Shown here piece after piece: positions 1 to 11,080 of a DNA stretch of 64,000 bases (the first letter of the stretch is position 1; every line of letters begins with the position of its first letter). The translations under genes were made by a program, and so were the position numbers. The stretch is taken from NCBI GenBank assembly GCA_030658975.1, contig JAUSBL010000052.1, forward strand, positions 42,954 through 106,953. The letters are read 5' to 3'. This DNA comes from Candidatus Latescibacterota bacterium. GTDB taxonomy: Bacteria > Krumholzibacteriota > Krumholzibacteriia > LZORAL124-64-63. The notes below the pieces were generated by a model. The model was not told the origin of the DNA. It saw only the letters and a program-made list of their open reading frames with translations, and did not search any database.

Positions 1-916
1 TCTCGGTGGTGACGATGGGCCTGCCCAGCGACATGGCTTCCAGCAGCGAAATCGACAACCCCTCCCATAGGCTCGGCTGGGCGACGATGTCTGCGGCCAG
101 ATACAGGCTGCCCACATCCCCGCGATAGCCCAGCAACCGGAATCGCCCCGTCAGACCGGCTTCGACGATTCTGCGCTCCAGTCGACTCCGCAGCGGACCT
201 TCGCCGGCCACCAGGAATCGACAGGACGCTCCGAGGTCTCCGAGTTTGGCGGCGGCGTCGATCAGATGGCTGAACCCCTTCTGCGGCGCGAGCCGCCCGA
301 CGCCGACGACGAGCACGTCGCCTTCATCCACGCCCAAAGAGCGCCGGAACGTCGCCCTGTCGAAGCCGGGCGGGACCGCCGGCGCGTTGATCCCGTTGGG
401 GATGGCCACGATTTTGTCCGCTGCGGCGATGTGCAACCGCAACGCCCACTCGCGGTGGAATCGGCTGACGCACACGATCCGGTGGCACCAGCCCGCGGCG
501 ATGCGCTCCAGCGCCGCGATGACTTTCGTCGCCGTCCTGCCGCTTTCTTCGTGGAACGCAAAACCATGAACCGTGTGGACCACATGAGGAACCTTCGCCG
601 CCGTCGCCGCGAACCGGCCGATCATCCCGGCCTTCGTCGTGTGCGTGTGGACGAGATCGTATTTGGCCGCCTTGAAGTGTCTGTACAGCATAAACGCGCC
701 GCGCACGTCACGATACGGATTGACCGAACGCTCGATGCAGTCGAGCGGCACAACCCCGATGCCGGCCGCCGTGAGCTGCCGGATGAACTCACGGTCGGTC
801 GCGACTACGTGCACGCGCAGGCCTTCCGATGCCGCCTTTTTGGCCAGGGCGAGGACGATCATCGAGCCGCCGCCGAAGCTCGAGTTGCCGACGACGTGGC
901 AGATCTTCCCCTTCAT
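1..916 (-). CDS. Glycosyltransferase family 4 (partial; 3' end runs off window start)
   Basis: Not in ORF track (no stop inside window). Reverse translation from ATG at ~916 gives MKGKICHVVGNSSFGGGSMIVLALAKK... and at the window edge the GT4 C-terminal motif EGLSISLLEAMSLGRPIVTTE. ATGA overlap with stop of the next GT gene (913-916). Confidence 0.75.
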   Translation of the reverse strand, partial: MKGKICHVVGNSSFGGGSMIVLALAKKAASEGLRVHVVATDREFIRQLTAAGIGVVPLDCIERSVNPYRDVRGAFMLYRHFKAAKYDLVHTHTTKAGMIGRFAATAAKVPHVVHTVHGFAFHEESGRTATKVIAALERIAAGWCHRIVCVSRFHREWALRLHIAAADKIVAIPNGINAPAVPPGFDRATFRRSLGVDEGDVLVVGVGRLAPQKGFSHLIDAAAKLGDLGASCRFLVAGEGPLRSRLERRIVEAGLTGRFRLLGYRGDVGSLYLAADIVAQPSLWEGLSISLLEAMSLGRPIVTTE

Positions 917-2076
917 CGTCGCCACCGATCGAGCGCCGATTCGTAACCATCCAGGACCTGCGCCATTCCGAAGTTGTTGCGGACATGTCGCCGTCCCGCC
1001 TTCGCCAGCGAGCGGCGAAGGGGCTCGTCGATGATCAGCCGATCGATCGCCGCCGCCAGCATGGCAGTGTCCCCGGGGCGCACCAGCAGTCCGGTTGTTC
1101 CGTCGTTGACGAGTTCCGGTGTGCCGCCGACCTCCGTGGCGACGACGGGTAATCCCATGCCCATGGCCTCGACGAGGGCGACCGGCAATCCCTCCCAGAG
1201 CGAGGGCAACACGAAGAGATCACAGGCCGGCAGCATCGCCATCACGTCATCGACGGCGCCGGCGAACACGATTGTCTTCTCGATTCCCAGATCGTGCGCC
1301 GTAGCCTCCAGTTGCGATCTCAGTTCACCGTCGCCAAGGATCAGACACCGCAATGCCGGATGGCGACATGAAAGTGTCGCCAATGATTCCAAGAGCACAC
1401 TCAGCCCCTTCGGGGGCGCGAGTCTGGCAGCCGTGACCACAACCAGGGAATCTTCTGGAAAGGAGAATTGTTTCCTCAAATCAGAACGGGACAGCGCGGT
1501 TGCACCATCAGGGAATTCCACGCCGTTATGCACGACGATGACGCGTTCGCCATCAAGGATGCCCTTCTCGATCAGCATGCTGCGCACGGCGACGCTGACG
1601 GCGATCCTGCCCGCATTTCTCCTGGCCACTGCTTTGTCGATGAGGTTGTAGAACGATGAAGTCGTACGCCAGGCATCGATACTGTGCTCGACCCCAGCAC
1701 TGGGCACACCGGCGATGCCGGCGGCAATCGTCGCGAAGGCATTGACGCGGGCGCCATGAGAGAGGACAACATCGGGCCGCCACGTGCGAATCAGGCCGAT
1801 CATTCGGGGCAGCGCCACAAGTCCCCGCCATGTGGCCAGCGGAAGCTGTGAATAGGGCAACCCCCTAGCCGCCAGTTGGCCCTCAAGCCAGCCCTTTTCC
1901 CCGAGTACCGTCATAACCTCATGGCCGCGATCAACCAGACCACTGGTCAAACCCAGCAACATCGTCTCGGCGCCGCCCCGGCTGGCGCTGGTCTTGAATT
2001 GAAGTATTCTCAATTTTCGGACCCATGCCCCTTTCAAGTCCATCGCCTGACATCCGTCCATCGAACGTGATCTCAA
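913..2076 (-). CDS. Glycosyltransferase family 4
   Basis: 387 aa ORF. C-terminal GT4 signature EGLPVALVEAMGMGLPVVATEVGGTPELVNDGTTGLLVRPGD. 4-nt overlaps on both sides. Confidence 0.85.
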   Translation of the reverse strand: MRSRSMDGCQAMDLKGAWVRKLRILQFKTSASRGGAETMLLGLTSGLVDRGHEVMTVLGEKGWLEGQLAARGLPYSQLPLATWRGLVALPRMIGLIRTWRPDVVLSHGARVNAFATIAAGIAGVPSAGVEHSIDAWRTTSSFYNLIDKAVARRNAGRIAVSVAVRSMLIEKGILDGERVIVVHNGVEFPDGATALSRSDLRKQFSFPEDSLVVVTAARLAPPKGLSVLLESLATLSCRHPALRCLILGDGELRSQLEATAHDLGIEKTIVFAGAVDDVMAMLPACDLFVLPSLWEGLPVALVEAMGMGLPVVATEVGGTPELVNDGTTGLLVRPGDTAMLAAAIDRLIIDEPLRRSLAKAGRRHVRNNFGMAQVLDGYESALDRWRR

Positions 2077-3374
2077 GGTCCGGAAATATCACCGAGACAG
2101 CCTGCGATGATTTCCGCCTTGTGGCGCCAGGTCTGACTCTCTGCCATCTGGCGGGACGCAGCACAGCGATCGCGCCAGGTGGCTTGGTCCTCGCCCAGTA
2201 TCGTCAGGATGGCCGCCGCGAGGGACCGCGCATCGTCCGGCGGCACCATCAATCCCGCCCCCCCATCCTGGATCTGCCGGCCCATCTCGTCCATTTCGTT
2301 GGTCACTACGGGCCGCCCGGAGGCGAGATAGGTCAGTGTCTTCAGTGACGAGATGGTGCCCTGATCGCCTCTGTTGCCAGGAAAGGTGGCAATGCAGACC
2401 GTGGCGCAACCCAAGTACTCGTTGACTTCACCGTAGGGTTTTTGACCCACGAGCGACACCTTGCTTGCGAGACCATGCCGCTCGATCTCATCCCTCAACC
2501 GTCCCTCGGTGATGCCGCCGCCAACAACAACGAATTGAACAGCAGGACAGCCACCGGCGACGATATCGACGGCGTCGACCAGAACCGCGAGCCCCTGCCA
2601 CGCGGAGATGACGCCGGCCCATACCACCGTCGGCACATCCTCGCGGCCTTGCTTCGCCAGACACTCCAGCCGGTCAAGTGGCATGAAAACCGAGGCATTC
2701 ACCCCGAGCGGCGCTTCGATGCACTTGTCCGCAGGTACGCCGAAATGGTCCTGAACGAAACGGATATAGCCGACAGCCCCCAGGACCCTGTCGGCCCTGC
2801 TGTACATGGTCCTTTCCCAGATGCGGGTCAGACCGATCAGCGCCGCATTGTTCGGCCGGTAGAGACGAACGTCGGCGGTCGGCAACCCGTTGATTTCGAC
2901 GATCAGGGGGCGGCCGCTGATCAGAGACACCAATAGCCCCACGAAGATCCCGGGTTCCATTCGCGAATACACGACATCCGGGTTGTAGCGGCGCACAGCT
3001 GCAATCCCCGCGATGGTGCCGGTCACGTTCCAGCTGAGTTGGCGGAGAAACCTAATGGCGAAGACAGGGGCGCGGACTTCGCGCAACTCGCTGTCGGCTG
3101 GAGCCTTCGGCCCAGGGAGGTTCAACAGAATCGGCTCCACGCCCGCCTCGCGGAGCGCGAAGGCCAGCTCCCGCGCATGCAGGGAGTCGCCCCGGTCCTT
3201 CCAGAGCGACAAGGCGCCGACTTGCAGAATTCGGAACCTGCGCCGAGCATCCATTTCATCACCTGTATCCTGATGGATGTCATCCCCCGGCGACCTTCCG
3301 GCGTCCGGGTCACGATTGCAACCTGTTCCAACACCGGCAATCACCCGGTGCGCCGATCCGTGGATGATCGGCAC
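2073..3374 (-). CDS. Glycosyltransferase family 4
   Basis: 433 aa ORF. GT4-like C-terminal block ...SGRPVVTNEMDEMGRQIQDGGAGLMVPPDDARSLAAAI. 4-nt overlap with downstream GT. Confidence 0.8.
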   Translation of the reverse strand: MPIIHGSAHRVIAGVGTGCNRDPDAGRSPGDDIHQDTGDEMDARRRFRILQVGALSLWKDRGDSLHARELAFALREAGVEPILLNLPGPKAPADSELREVRAPVFAIRFLRQLSWNVTGTIAGIAAVRRYNPDVVYSRMEPGIFVGLLVSLISGRPLIVEINGLPTADVRLYRPNNAALIGLTRIWERTMYSRADRVLGAVGYIRFVQDHFGVPADKCIEAPLGVNASVFMPLDRLECLAKQGREDVPTVVWAGVISAWQGLAVLVDAVDIVAGGCPAVQFVVVGGGITEGRLRDEIERHGLASKVSLVGQKPYGEVNEYLGCATVCIATFPGNRGDQGTISSLKTLTYLASGRPVVTNEMDEMGRQIQDGGAGLMVPPDDARSLAAAILTILGEDQATWRDRCAASRQMAESQTWRHKAEIIAGCLGDISGP

Positions 3375-4654
3375 ACACCAGACAAGAGGTTATCCAATTG
3401 ACTGCCGAGAGATGCGAGGGAGAACTGCTGGATAAAATCCCAGTTTGGAGCGTATCTCGCGGACAGTCTTTCGGCGTCCACCGCAATTTCGCTGATGAAA
3501 CCTGTGATACCGTCGAGATCCTGATTGTCGAAAACGGCACCAAGGCCGGATTGCTGCAGAATATCCGCAGCCTCGCTCTTCACCGGCATGACTCCCAGGA
3601 TCGGCAATCCTCGACCAAGATACTGAAACAATTTACCGGGAATCTGTGATGAGTACTTGGGATCGGCGTACTTGACCAGGAGCAGGATCCCAGAACGCGA
3701 CATTCTGGCTAGAGCCTCGTTTCTGGGCTCTTCCGGCAGCAGGCGCACGATCCGGCCAATTCCCAGGTCCCTGGCGAGCCGTATGGCCTCCGCTCCACCA
3801 ACACCGGCACCCAGGAGGTCGAGCCCTAAACGCTCCTCGTATTCCGGATGTCGGGCAATCGCCTTGGCTAGGGCCTCGACGACGATCCTGACATTGCGGC
3901 CTTGGCCGCCGGCGAGCGCTCCCGCGTGCAGGATCACGGTGCTCCGACCGCTATCATCGGGCCGTACTGGGGGCTTCGCCTCATCATACGACATGTAGAC
4001 CGGCACGATCCGATCCCGGCTCACGGAATGCCGGACGGCAATGTCTTCAGCCATGCTTCGTGTGGTCGTCAGGATCAGGGCCGACGCCTGGACCGTCTGC
4101 TCCAATGCTGCGAGTTCGGCCGCATGGGTCTTCATTTCCAAAGAGGGACAGGGATCCTGGAATTCGAGCACCAACGGAGAAGCGAAGTGGTCGGCAATCC
4201 GACGGGCGGCGACTAGGCTCCCGACATGACCTGTTGTCATGCCGATCACCATATCAGGGCGTTCCGGACGATTGCCGGTATACCAATCCGATGCTCTGGC
4301 CGGCCATCCTCGTTCGGGATCCCGGACGCGATGACCCCGACCCGTCAATGACAGGTATTCACGGTACATCCAGCGCGGCAGGCGGCCCCGAAGGTATTGC
4401 GGGTAGATGCCGGAAAAGGGTGTCCGCACCACAGACCCGACGAATTCATTCTCCGGCGACACGCCTGGGGTTACCCGATCAGCAGCCCCCGCCAACAAGG
4501 TGCAATTCCAACCACGGCCTGAGAGCGCACGTGAAACATCCAAAATCCGGGATGTTGATCCTTGCCATGAATACCGAAATGCCGTTTCGAACACGATCAG
4601 AACTGATTTCACGGTGCGGCCTCCACAATCCGACCCCGATGACGTTGGTTCCAT
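3341..4654 (-). CDS. Glycosyltransferase (GT4-like)
   Basis: 437 aa ORF. N-terminal KSVLIVFETAF... and C-terminal GILLLVKYADPKYSSQIPGKLFQYLGRGLPILGV typical of GT-B glycosyltransferases. True start probably GTG near 4612. Confidence 0.6.
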   Translation of the reverse strand: MEPTSSGSDCGGRTVKSVLIVFETAFRYSWQGSTSRILDVSRALSGRGWNCTLLAGAADRVTPGVSPENEFVGSVVRTPFSGIYPQYLRGRLPRWMYREYLSLTGRGHRVRDPERGWPARASDWYTGNRPERPDMVIGMTTGHVGSLVAARRIADHFASPLVLEFQDPCPSLEMKTHAAELAALEQTVQASALILTTTRSMAEDIAVRHSVSRDRIVPVYMSYDEAKPPVRPDDSGRSTVILHAGALAGGQGRNVRIVVEALAKAIARHPEYEERLGLDLLGAGVGGAEAIRLARDLGIGRIVRLLPEEPRNEALARMSRSGILLLVKYADPKYSSQIPGKLFQYLGRGLPILGVMPVKSEAADILQQSGLGAVFDNQDLDGITGFISEIAVDAERLSARYAPNWDFIQQFSLASLGSQLDNLLSGVCRSSTDRRTG

Positions 4655-4704
4655 TCTTGAATTGTTGGCCGCAAGGGTATTCGTTGTCTCCCCACTTCCG
4701 GAAG

Positions 4705-6285
4705 CTATCGGCGGCCATTACCGGGTGCAACCCCGCCGCCTCGTCTCAGGTACGACTTGAATCGGCCGGCGATCTGCTGAAATACCTCGCGATCGTTCTT
4801 TTCGAATCCAAGGACCCAACAAAGGACAATCCACAACATGACCGTGAGGGACACACACAACACCAGCGCGAAGAGGGATGTGGAATTCACCACATGATCA
4901 AGACCGAGAGCCGCCAATACCAATACCATGGCCACAACCAACGGGCGCCGGTAGGAAGCCCGGAAGTATTCCTGGCTGGTTAGGCCGCAGGCCTTCGCGG
5001 TGTAGAGTGCGGTCACCGGCCGTCTGATGGCCGTGATGATCACCGTCGGCACGATCACGCCCACGACTCCGAGTTGTGAGTACCGCACCAACAGGACCGA
5101 CCCGACGACGTTAAGAACGGCGAGGGGGACCTCCAGCCTGACGAGGAATCGCAGCCGATTCGTGCCCAGGAGAGTCGGGTAATGGACGCCGCCCGCATAA
5201 TTGAAAAAGTCGATCACCGACCACAGGATCAACATCCTGGCCACCGTGGCCACGTCGGCTCCCAGTGTTGTTCCCAGCCAGGCGGTGCATATCCTGTCAG
5301 CAAAAGCCGCCAAGATCGTACAAACGGGAATCCCCATCAACAGCGTGTAGCGCGTTCCCCTCAGCAGCAGTTCCTGGAGGTGCCGCGTGTCTCCCCTGAC
5401 GTGATATCCGGTTGCCAGCGGCGAGAATTGATGCGAAAGCGTCTCCACCAGCGGATGGAAGGCATTGGCAAGAGAGGCGGCCGGGGCGTAAAGCGTCACA
5501 GCCGCGGTTCCGAGCAGAGCAGTCAGGATGATCGGATCGACCCGAATCCCGATCAATGCCGTCAACTGCAAGGCGAAAACATATCCGCCCAGAGACAGCA
5601 GTGCCACGACGGCCTTGCGGTTAACCAAGGACAAGCGCAGACGCAATCCCGGCGTGATGCGCCAAGCAGTGAATCCCAGCAGCAGAAGGTTCACGATCAG
5701 GGCCATGGACATAGCCAAGGCCCAACCGGTGATGCCCCAATCGGATAAGTTGATGACGCCGACGATCAGAGCGCCCCTCAACAGCCCCACACCGGTCTGG
5801 ATATTGTTGATCAGGTCGAATCGGTTGCTGCTGGCGATCATCGTCTCGAACGCCGCAACAAGGAAAGTCAGCAGGATTCCGGGGGATCCGTACCAGCGGA
5901 TGATGAACTGCGCTTCGCGCGTGAGCTGATCGGGAATTTTCAGGGCCGCGACGATATCGGCCGACAGGACAAAAAAGGTCGAAGCCAGCGTGACTCCCAT
6001 CAACAGATAGATCAATAACGCGCTGCTGGCCTGCTCGTTGAATCGCTTCACGTTCTGCAATGCGGCGTGCTCAGAGAGAAATCGCCCCAGGGATCCACGC
6101 AGGCCCAAATCCGCCACCGTGCACATCCCAACCATGGCGACGACGAGCGAAACGAGTCCATAACCGTCACGAGCGTAATGGCCGATCATATACGGCACCA
6201 GCATCAGGCCTACCGCAGCATTGGCGAGCGTCGCAAGACCCCGACTGGCGGCATTGATGACAATTCGTGTCGAAGTCAGCAATCG
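4705..6285 (-). CDS. Wzx-type polysaccharide flippase (MOP/oligosaccharide flippase family)
   Basis: Multi-TM protein, about 12 predicted helices, RIVINAASRGLATLANAAVGLMLVPYMIGH N-terminus typical of polysaccharide biosynthesis flippases. ORF-track start 6405 is an upstream extension overlapping the ligase gene. Start here is approximate. Confidence 0.65.
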   Translation of the reverse strand, partial: RLLTSTRIVINAASRGLATLANAAVGLMLVPYMIGHYARDGYGLVSLVVAMVGMCTVADLGLRGSLGRFLSEHAALQNVKRFNEQASSALLIYLLMGVTLASTFFVLSADIVAALKIPDQLTREAQFIIRWYGSPGILLTFLVAAFETMIASSNRFDLINNIQTGVGLLRGALIVGVINLSDWGITGWALAMSMALIVNLLLLGFTAWRITPGLRLRLSLVNRKAVVALLSLGGYVFALQLTALIGIRVDPIILTALLGTAAVTLYAPAASLANAFHPLVETLSHQFSPLATGYHVRGDTRHLQELLLRGTRYTLLMGIPVCTILAAFADRICTAWLGTTLGADVATVARMLILWSVIDFFNYAGGVHYPTLLGTNRLRFLVRLEVPLAVLNVVGSVLLVRYSQLGVVGVIVPTVIITAIRRPVTALYTAKACGLTSQEYFRASYRRPLVVAMVLVLAALGLDHVVNSTSLFALVLCVSLTVMLWIVLCWVLGFEKNDREVFQQIAGRFKSYLRRGGGVAPGNGRR

Positions 6286-7517
6286 TCGCCTCGATTGCGA
6301 GGGGTTGCTCGCGTCGTTCCGCTGCCGCTGAAAGTGACGACCAGAAGTGCCTGTGACACCCAAACAAGGTAGTTCGTTGTGAGATCGCCACTCACCATGG
6401 CGCACACCACGGCGAACACGAAAAGTCCTGCGGCCCCCTGACGGAGGAGCTTCGGCTCGTACCGGTTCTCCACGCTTCTGCGCAATCCTCGCCAGCCGGC
6501 GATGAAGTAAGTGCTGAAGATCATGAGCCCGACCACTCCGGTCTCGATCAACACTTCGCCCACTAGGTTATGCACGAACTGACGCGTGCCCAGCGGTCCC
6601 TCGTTGTACCTGAAATGACCGGTGCCGATGCCCCAAATCGGGGAGGACTGGAGTTCCACCCATCCCTGTCTTGCGATGGCCATCCTGTATTCTTCATGTT
6701 CGCTGTTCGAGCGCTGAATGAAGAGAAAGGTCAACGCGGCGACTCCGAATACGATGACGGTCGCCGTGCCGGCAAGTTGGATCTTTCGCTTGCTGCGGGG
6801 AGAGTCCCTGTCGTTGAGCAGCGGCCGGATTAAAACGACTAGTCCGCAGATGAGCGCCAGCAAGGGCCCGCGTTCCCCCACCACGATTTGCCCGATAACT
6901 AGCACGATCAAGTACAGCAACAGCAGTACGGCATTCCATCGGCGCGCCAACATGGCCATCGTCAAAGCGATCAGGCCGCCGACTCCCAGGGATCGGCTGA
7001 TGCCGATGATGTCATAATCGAGATGTAGCAGCAGCCACCTCACTGATGCCGTACCGGAAGCCTGTTGCAGCAGCAGCGGCAGGAACAGGGGAACGACGGA
7101 CAGAATCAGCAAACATTTGTAGAGGAGAAGAGTGCAGGCCGGGCGATTCCTGTGGTTCCACAGGATCGCCATCGAAGGCATGACTGCGTAGAGGATGAAG
7201 CCCTGCGTCTTCCAGACACCATAGGGCGAGGGCTCGAAACGCAACATGGACAGGAACAACACGAGGACCGCAGCCAGCAGGCACAACGACATGAAAATCG
7301 TGCGCCGTGATGCCCGCAAACCCGACCTGGCCGCCACCGCGAGATTGAGCGCAGCCGCCACCGCGCCGACGATCAGACTCCTGGATCCGGAAAGCGCACC
7401 CGGAAGCACGAACTGCCAGATCAGCATGCCCTGCAGCAATACCGCCAGGCTGACGACGGCCGCCGCCTCCAGAATCGAACATCTCGCACGGGATTCCTCA
7501 GCTGCCGCGCCGCTCAC
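6276..7517 (-). CDS. O-antigen ligase / Wzy_C-domain polymerase-like membrane protein
   Basis: 413 aa, polytopic membrane protein with a large periplasmic loop. GTG start at 7517, 1 nt after the Wzz-like stop. Confidence 0.6.
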   Translation of the reverse strand: MSGAAAEESRARCSILEAAAVVSLAVLLQGMLIWQFVLPGALSGSRSLIVGAVAAALNLAVAARSGLRASRRTIFMSLCLLAAVLVLFLSMLRFEPSPYGVWKTQGFILYAVMPSMAILWNHRNRPACTLLLYKCLLILSVVPLFLPLLLQQASGTASVRWLLLHLDYDIIGISRSLGVGGLIALTMAMLARRWNAVLLLLYLIVLVIGQIVVGERGPLLALICGLVVLIRPLLNDRDSPRSKRKIQLAGTATVIVFGVAALTFLFIQRSNSEHEEYRMAIARQGWVELQSSPIWGIGTGHFRYNEGPLGTRQFVHNLVGEVLIETGVVGLMIFSTYFIAGWRGLRRSVENRYEPKLLRQGAAGLFVFAVVCAMVSGDLTTNYLVWVSQALLVVTFSGSGTTRATPRNRGDDC

Positions 7518-7518
7518 C

Positions 7519-8511
7519 TCAGTTCCCCGAAGTCGCAGGGCGCCCGCGGACCAGAACCCAACCGCATGCCAGCACGAATCCGAGCGCGGCTCCGCCCAGG
7601 GCGATCAGCGATCGGCTCGGGGCAGAGCGGACGAAGGGTACCGTCGCTGAATCAAGCACCTCGATCGCGATCACATCCTTGTTTTCGTCGATCTTGGCAA
7701 TTTCGAGCTGCCTTTTCAATTCGATCCAAACCGCTGTCTGGACCTGCAGGTCGCGGGTCAATTCCGTATGGCGTCGGTTAAGTAACGGAGAGGTTGCGAA
7801 GGACCGGTTCTGCGATTCGAAGTCCGCCAGGCTGGATGCGGCCGCATCGAGTTCGATCCGGATTTCATCGAGCCGATCCGAGATGAAGCGTCTTTGCTCC
7901 GAGGCCCTGCCCCGCGACATCTCCTGGAGGTAGGCGTCGAGTTCGCCGGCGAGCGCATTTGCCAATTCCGCCGCGAGTTCGGGCCACCGGGGAAGGCTGA
8001 CGCTGATCTGCATGTAGCCCGTTGCGGCGCGGCGCTCGAAGGAAATGACCTGCCGCCTGAGGTTGCTCTTGAAGCGCTCCCGCTCGGCCCATGTCTTGAC
8101 CGGAGCGTCGGGGTGCTTGCGCGACCCGAGCAGCTCCATCAACGGCCTGGGATCGTCTCCGGCATATCTGCTCCACTGTTCGTCGAGTATCCGGTCCAGC
8201 ACCCTGTTGGAAGTGATGATCTGGCCATAAAGGTCTTCGTAGGTGGGCCCGTTGCCGAGTTGCATGTTCGTCAGGGACGCGAGTTGACCCAGTAAATTCT
8301 GTTGGGTGCCCTGGTCGCGCGGCAAGAGCGATACCCGGGCCGTATAGATCGGCGGCAACAGCAGAGAGATCACGGCGGCGATGACGCCGCAGATCAGGAT
8401 CACTGCGGCGATCAGGCGTCGGCTCCTCCACATCAACCTGGTCAATTGCACGACACCGATCTCGTCGTCGCCCGTCGATGCCGGCATTTCGTCGTACGTC
8501 CGTGTCATCAC
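7519..8511 (-). CDS. Wzz/GumC-like polysaccharide chain-length determinant (no kinase domain)
   Basis: 330 aa. N-terminal TM then LLPPIYTARVSLLPRDQG (Wzz motif), coiled-coil region, C-terminal TM. No Walker A/B BY-kinase domain. Confidence 0.7.
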   Translation of the reverse strand: MMTRTYDEMPASTGDDEIGVVQLTRLMWRSRRLIAAVILICGVIAAVISLLLPPIYTARVSLLPRDQGTQQNLLGQLASLTNMQLGNGPTYEDLYGQIITSNRVLDRILDEQWSRYAGDDPRPLMELLGSRKHPDAPVKTWAERERFKSNLRRQVISFERRAATGYMQISVSLPRWPELAAELANALAGELDAYLQEMSRGRASEQRRFISDRLDEIRIELDAAASSLADFESQNRSFATSPLLNRRHTELTRDLQVQTAVWIELKRQLEIAKIDENKDVIAIEVLDSATVPFVRSAPSRSLIALGGAALGFVLACGWVLVRGRPATSGN

Positions 8512-10851
8512 TGTGTCCTATCGATCACCAAATAGATCGTGGCCGCACTGGCCAGGATGCTGGCGATCTCCTTCAGCGTCTCCATGCTGCCCGGACCCGT
8601 CTCGGGCTGCTTCTCCGGCACCACGATCGTCGATCCCGGCATGACGTCCGGGTCCCCCCAGACCCGCCGGATCTGCTTGGACATCCCGTTGGGATAGACG
8701 ACGTGCGTCTTCCACTTGTCGGCCTGGTGGGCGTAGCCGCCGGCGCGGGAGATGTAGTCGCCGAGGCTGTGGCCCTTCTCGTAGACGATGCTCGTGGGGA
8801 AGCCGACCGCGCCGGTGACCTTCACGGTGTAGGGGCGCGCCGGGATGCGGATGTCGTCGCCCTGCTCGAGGATGGCGTCCTGCTCGCTGCCGGGCTTATC
8901 CAGCGCCCGGTCGAGGTCGAGGGCCATGTTGCCGATGTCGTCCTTGCCGCGCACGATGCGGGCGGCGGGCGCGTAGGCCGTCGGCTTCAGGCCGCCGGCG
9001 CGGGCGATCACCGAGGAGAGCCGCTCGTCGGGACGCTCCAGCGCGTAGGTCCCGGGGTAGTACACCTCGCCCTGGAGGGTGACGATGCGCGGCAGTTCCC
9101 ACCAGGGCAGGCGCCGCACGGCGACGCGATCATGCGGTTCCAGGACGAACACGCCGCCCGACCGCAGCCAGTCCTCGCCCAGATCGACTTCGATGACCTC
9201 CACGGTGCTCGCCGGCGGCGCCGCGATGTCGCGGCTCTCGACGGCGGCGCGGCGCAGGCGCGAGACCTCGGCGTGCAGCACGTCGGCCGATTCGCGCAGG
9301 CCGCCGGCCAGCAGGATCAGGTCGCCCAGGGTCATCCCCTCGCGGAAGTCGAACTCGCCGGGCTTGCGCACTTCACCGGACATGCTCACGCGGTAGCGGT
9401 CCTGAAGGTCCCAGCGCGAGAAGACGCGCAGCTTGTCCCGGGACTGCAGCGGCGTCGGCGGCGACGCGCCCGACATGGCGTCGGCCAGGGGCACCTCGAT
9501 CGTGCGGTAGGTGAGGTCGGGATCGAGCCGCTCGATCAGGGCCCGCTCGGGCAGCGTATCGGCCCACAGGCCGCCCGCCTGGCGGACCAGGTCGGCGACC
9601 GTCATCCCCTCGCGGAACTGGTAGCGGCCGGGGTTCTTCACGTTGCCCTGGGCCTCGACCCAGTTCTCCAGGCGCTCGGGGATGCGGTCCACGCTCACGA
9701 CGTCGGCGTCGCGCAGCAGGTGCCTCATCTTCAGCAGCAGGTTCAGGTCGGACTGCACCCGGTCGGGCTGCTCGGGCCGGCGCTCGGGGAGCGGCACGAT
9801 CCGCGTGACGTGCACGACGTCGGCCACCGCCTCGGCCGTGAAGCCGCCGGCGTAGCGGATCAGGTCCAGGACGTCCTCGCCGTCCAGCAGCTCGTAGGCC
9901 TGGGGGCGGCGCACCTCCCCCTCGATGCGCACCGTGATCGTGCGGGCGGGGATCAGCACCGTGTCGCCGTCGCGCAGGACGGGGTCGTCGCCGCGGCGGC
10001 CCTCCAGCAGGTAGCGGTAGAAGTCGATCTCGGCCAGGACCTGGTTGCCGCGCAGCACCTGGATCCGCCGCAGGCTGCCCTGGGCGTTGGGGCCGCCGGC
10101 CGCGTAGACGGCCGTGAAGGCGGTCGACAGGCTGGTCAGTTCGTAGGCGCCCGGCTGGCGGGCCTCGCCCACCACGAACACGCGGATGGCGCGCAGGGCG
10201 CCCAGGCTGACGTCCACGAACGTGGTGCCCCCCTCGCCCGACGGGTCGATCCCCGAGTAGGAGCCGGCCAGCTTCTCGCGCACCGCGCGGGTCACCTGCT
10301 CCAGCGTGCGGCCGGCGCAGAGTACCTTGCCGCCCTTGGGCAGGATGATGCCGCCGTCGCGATCCACCACGCGCTCGAGGCGGAACTCGACCTCGCCGAA
10401 CACATCCACGCTGACCTGGTCCCCGGGTCCGAGCACGTAGTCGGGCGGCACGGGGCCGAAGGCCGGCGGGGCGAACACGCCCGGATCGAGGCGGAAGAAG
10501 TCGGAGCCGAACAGTGCGCCCTCGGCGGTCAGCAGCGTCTCGGCGGCGGCGGCGACGGGAACCGCGGCCATTTCCAGGTCGAAAGGCAGGATCACGCGGG
10601 GGCCGGGCGGCAGCGCGGTGCGTCCAGGCGGCAGGGTCGTGTCGACCGCCGTCGCGCCCTGCTCCTGCAGGCGCTGCCTCAGCTCCTGCTGCGTGAGGCC
10701 CGTGCGTCGCATCGCCTGCTCGAGGAGTTCGGGCGGGACGTCCTGGGCGGAGGCAGGACCGGCGAGGGCGGCCAGCACCGCCCACGCGGCCAGCAGCGAC
10801 AGCAGCGCCGGCAGGCGGCGTCGACGGAAACTCTGATGACCGAACGGCATC
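8508..10851 (-). CDS. Wza-like polysaccharide export protein with multiple SLBB (beta-grasp) repeats
   Basis: ORF 8508..10943 trimmed to ATG 10851 (MPFGHQSFRRRRLPALLSLLAAWAVLAALAGPASAQ signal peptide, GGAGAG SD 6 nt upstream). Repeated PGDxVxV...G.V..PG blocks typical of Wza/GumB SLBB domains. Confidence 0.8.
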
Positions 10852-11080
10852 GTGGTCTCTCCGTGGCGTGACAGGGGTGGCAGCCTGGTGAGGATCCGGC
10901 CGGCGGGACGAGCAGGGACCGGACACGGCTCTGGGAGTCCCACCGGGTCAGATTAGCATCTCAGGCGGGCACGGCAAGTCTCAAGTCTCGACGCGGCGCC
11001 GGACCGAGGTTCCGTTATCGCTGACAGCCGCGGCCATGCTAGGATCCCGGCTCTCTGGTGGTCTTCGAAGGGGCATCCAA

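Noticed and set aside
266-946. 226-aa plus-strand ORF at window start
   Set aside because: The minus strand here encodes a motif-bearing GT4 glycosyltransferase (MKGKICHVV...EGLSISLLEAMSLGRPIVTTE) that the track missed because it lacks an in-window stop.
7519-8511. Considered calling this a full Wzc (chain-length determinant + BY-kinase)
   Set aside because: Only 330 aa. No Walker A/B or Tyr-rich tail. It is a Wzz/GumC-type N-terminal module only.
8478-10871. 797-aa plus-strand ORF (also 9373..10926 minus, 517 aa) overlapping the Wza-like gene
   Set aside because: Arg/Ala/Gly/Pro-rich low-complexity translation typical of the antisense/alternate frames of high-GC coding DNA. The minus-strand Wza-like frame has real SLBB motifs and a signal peptide.
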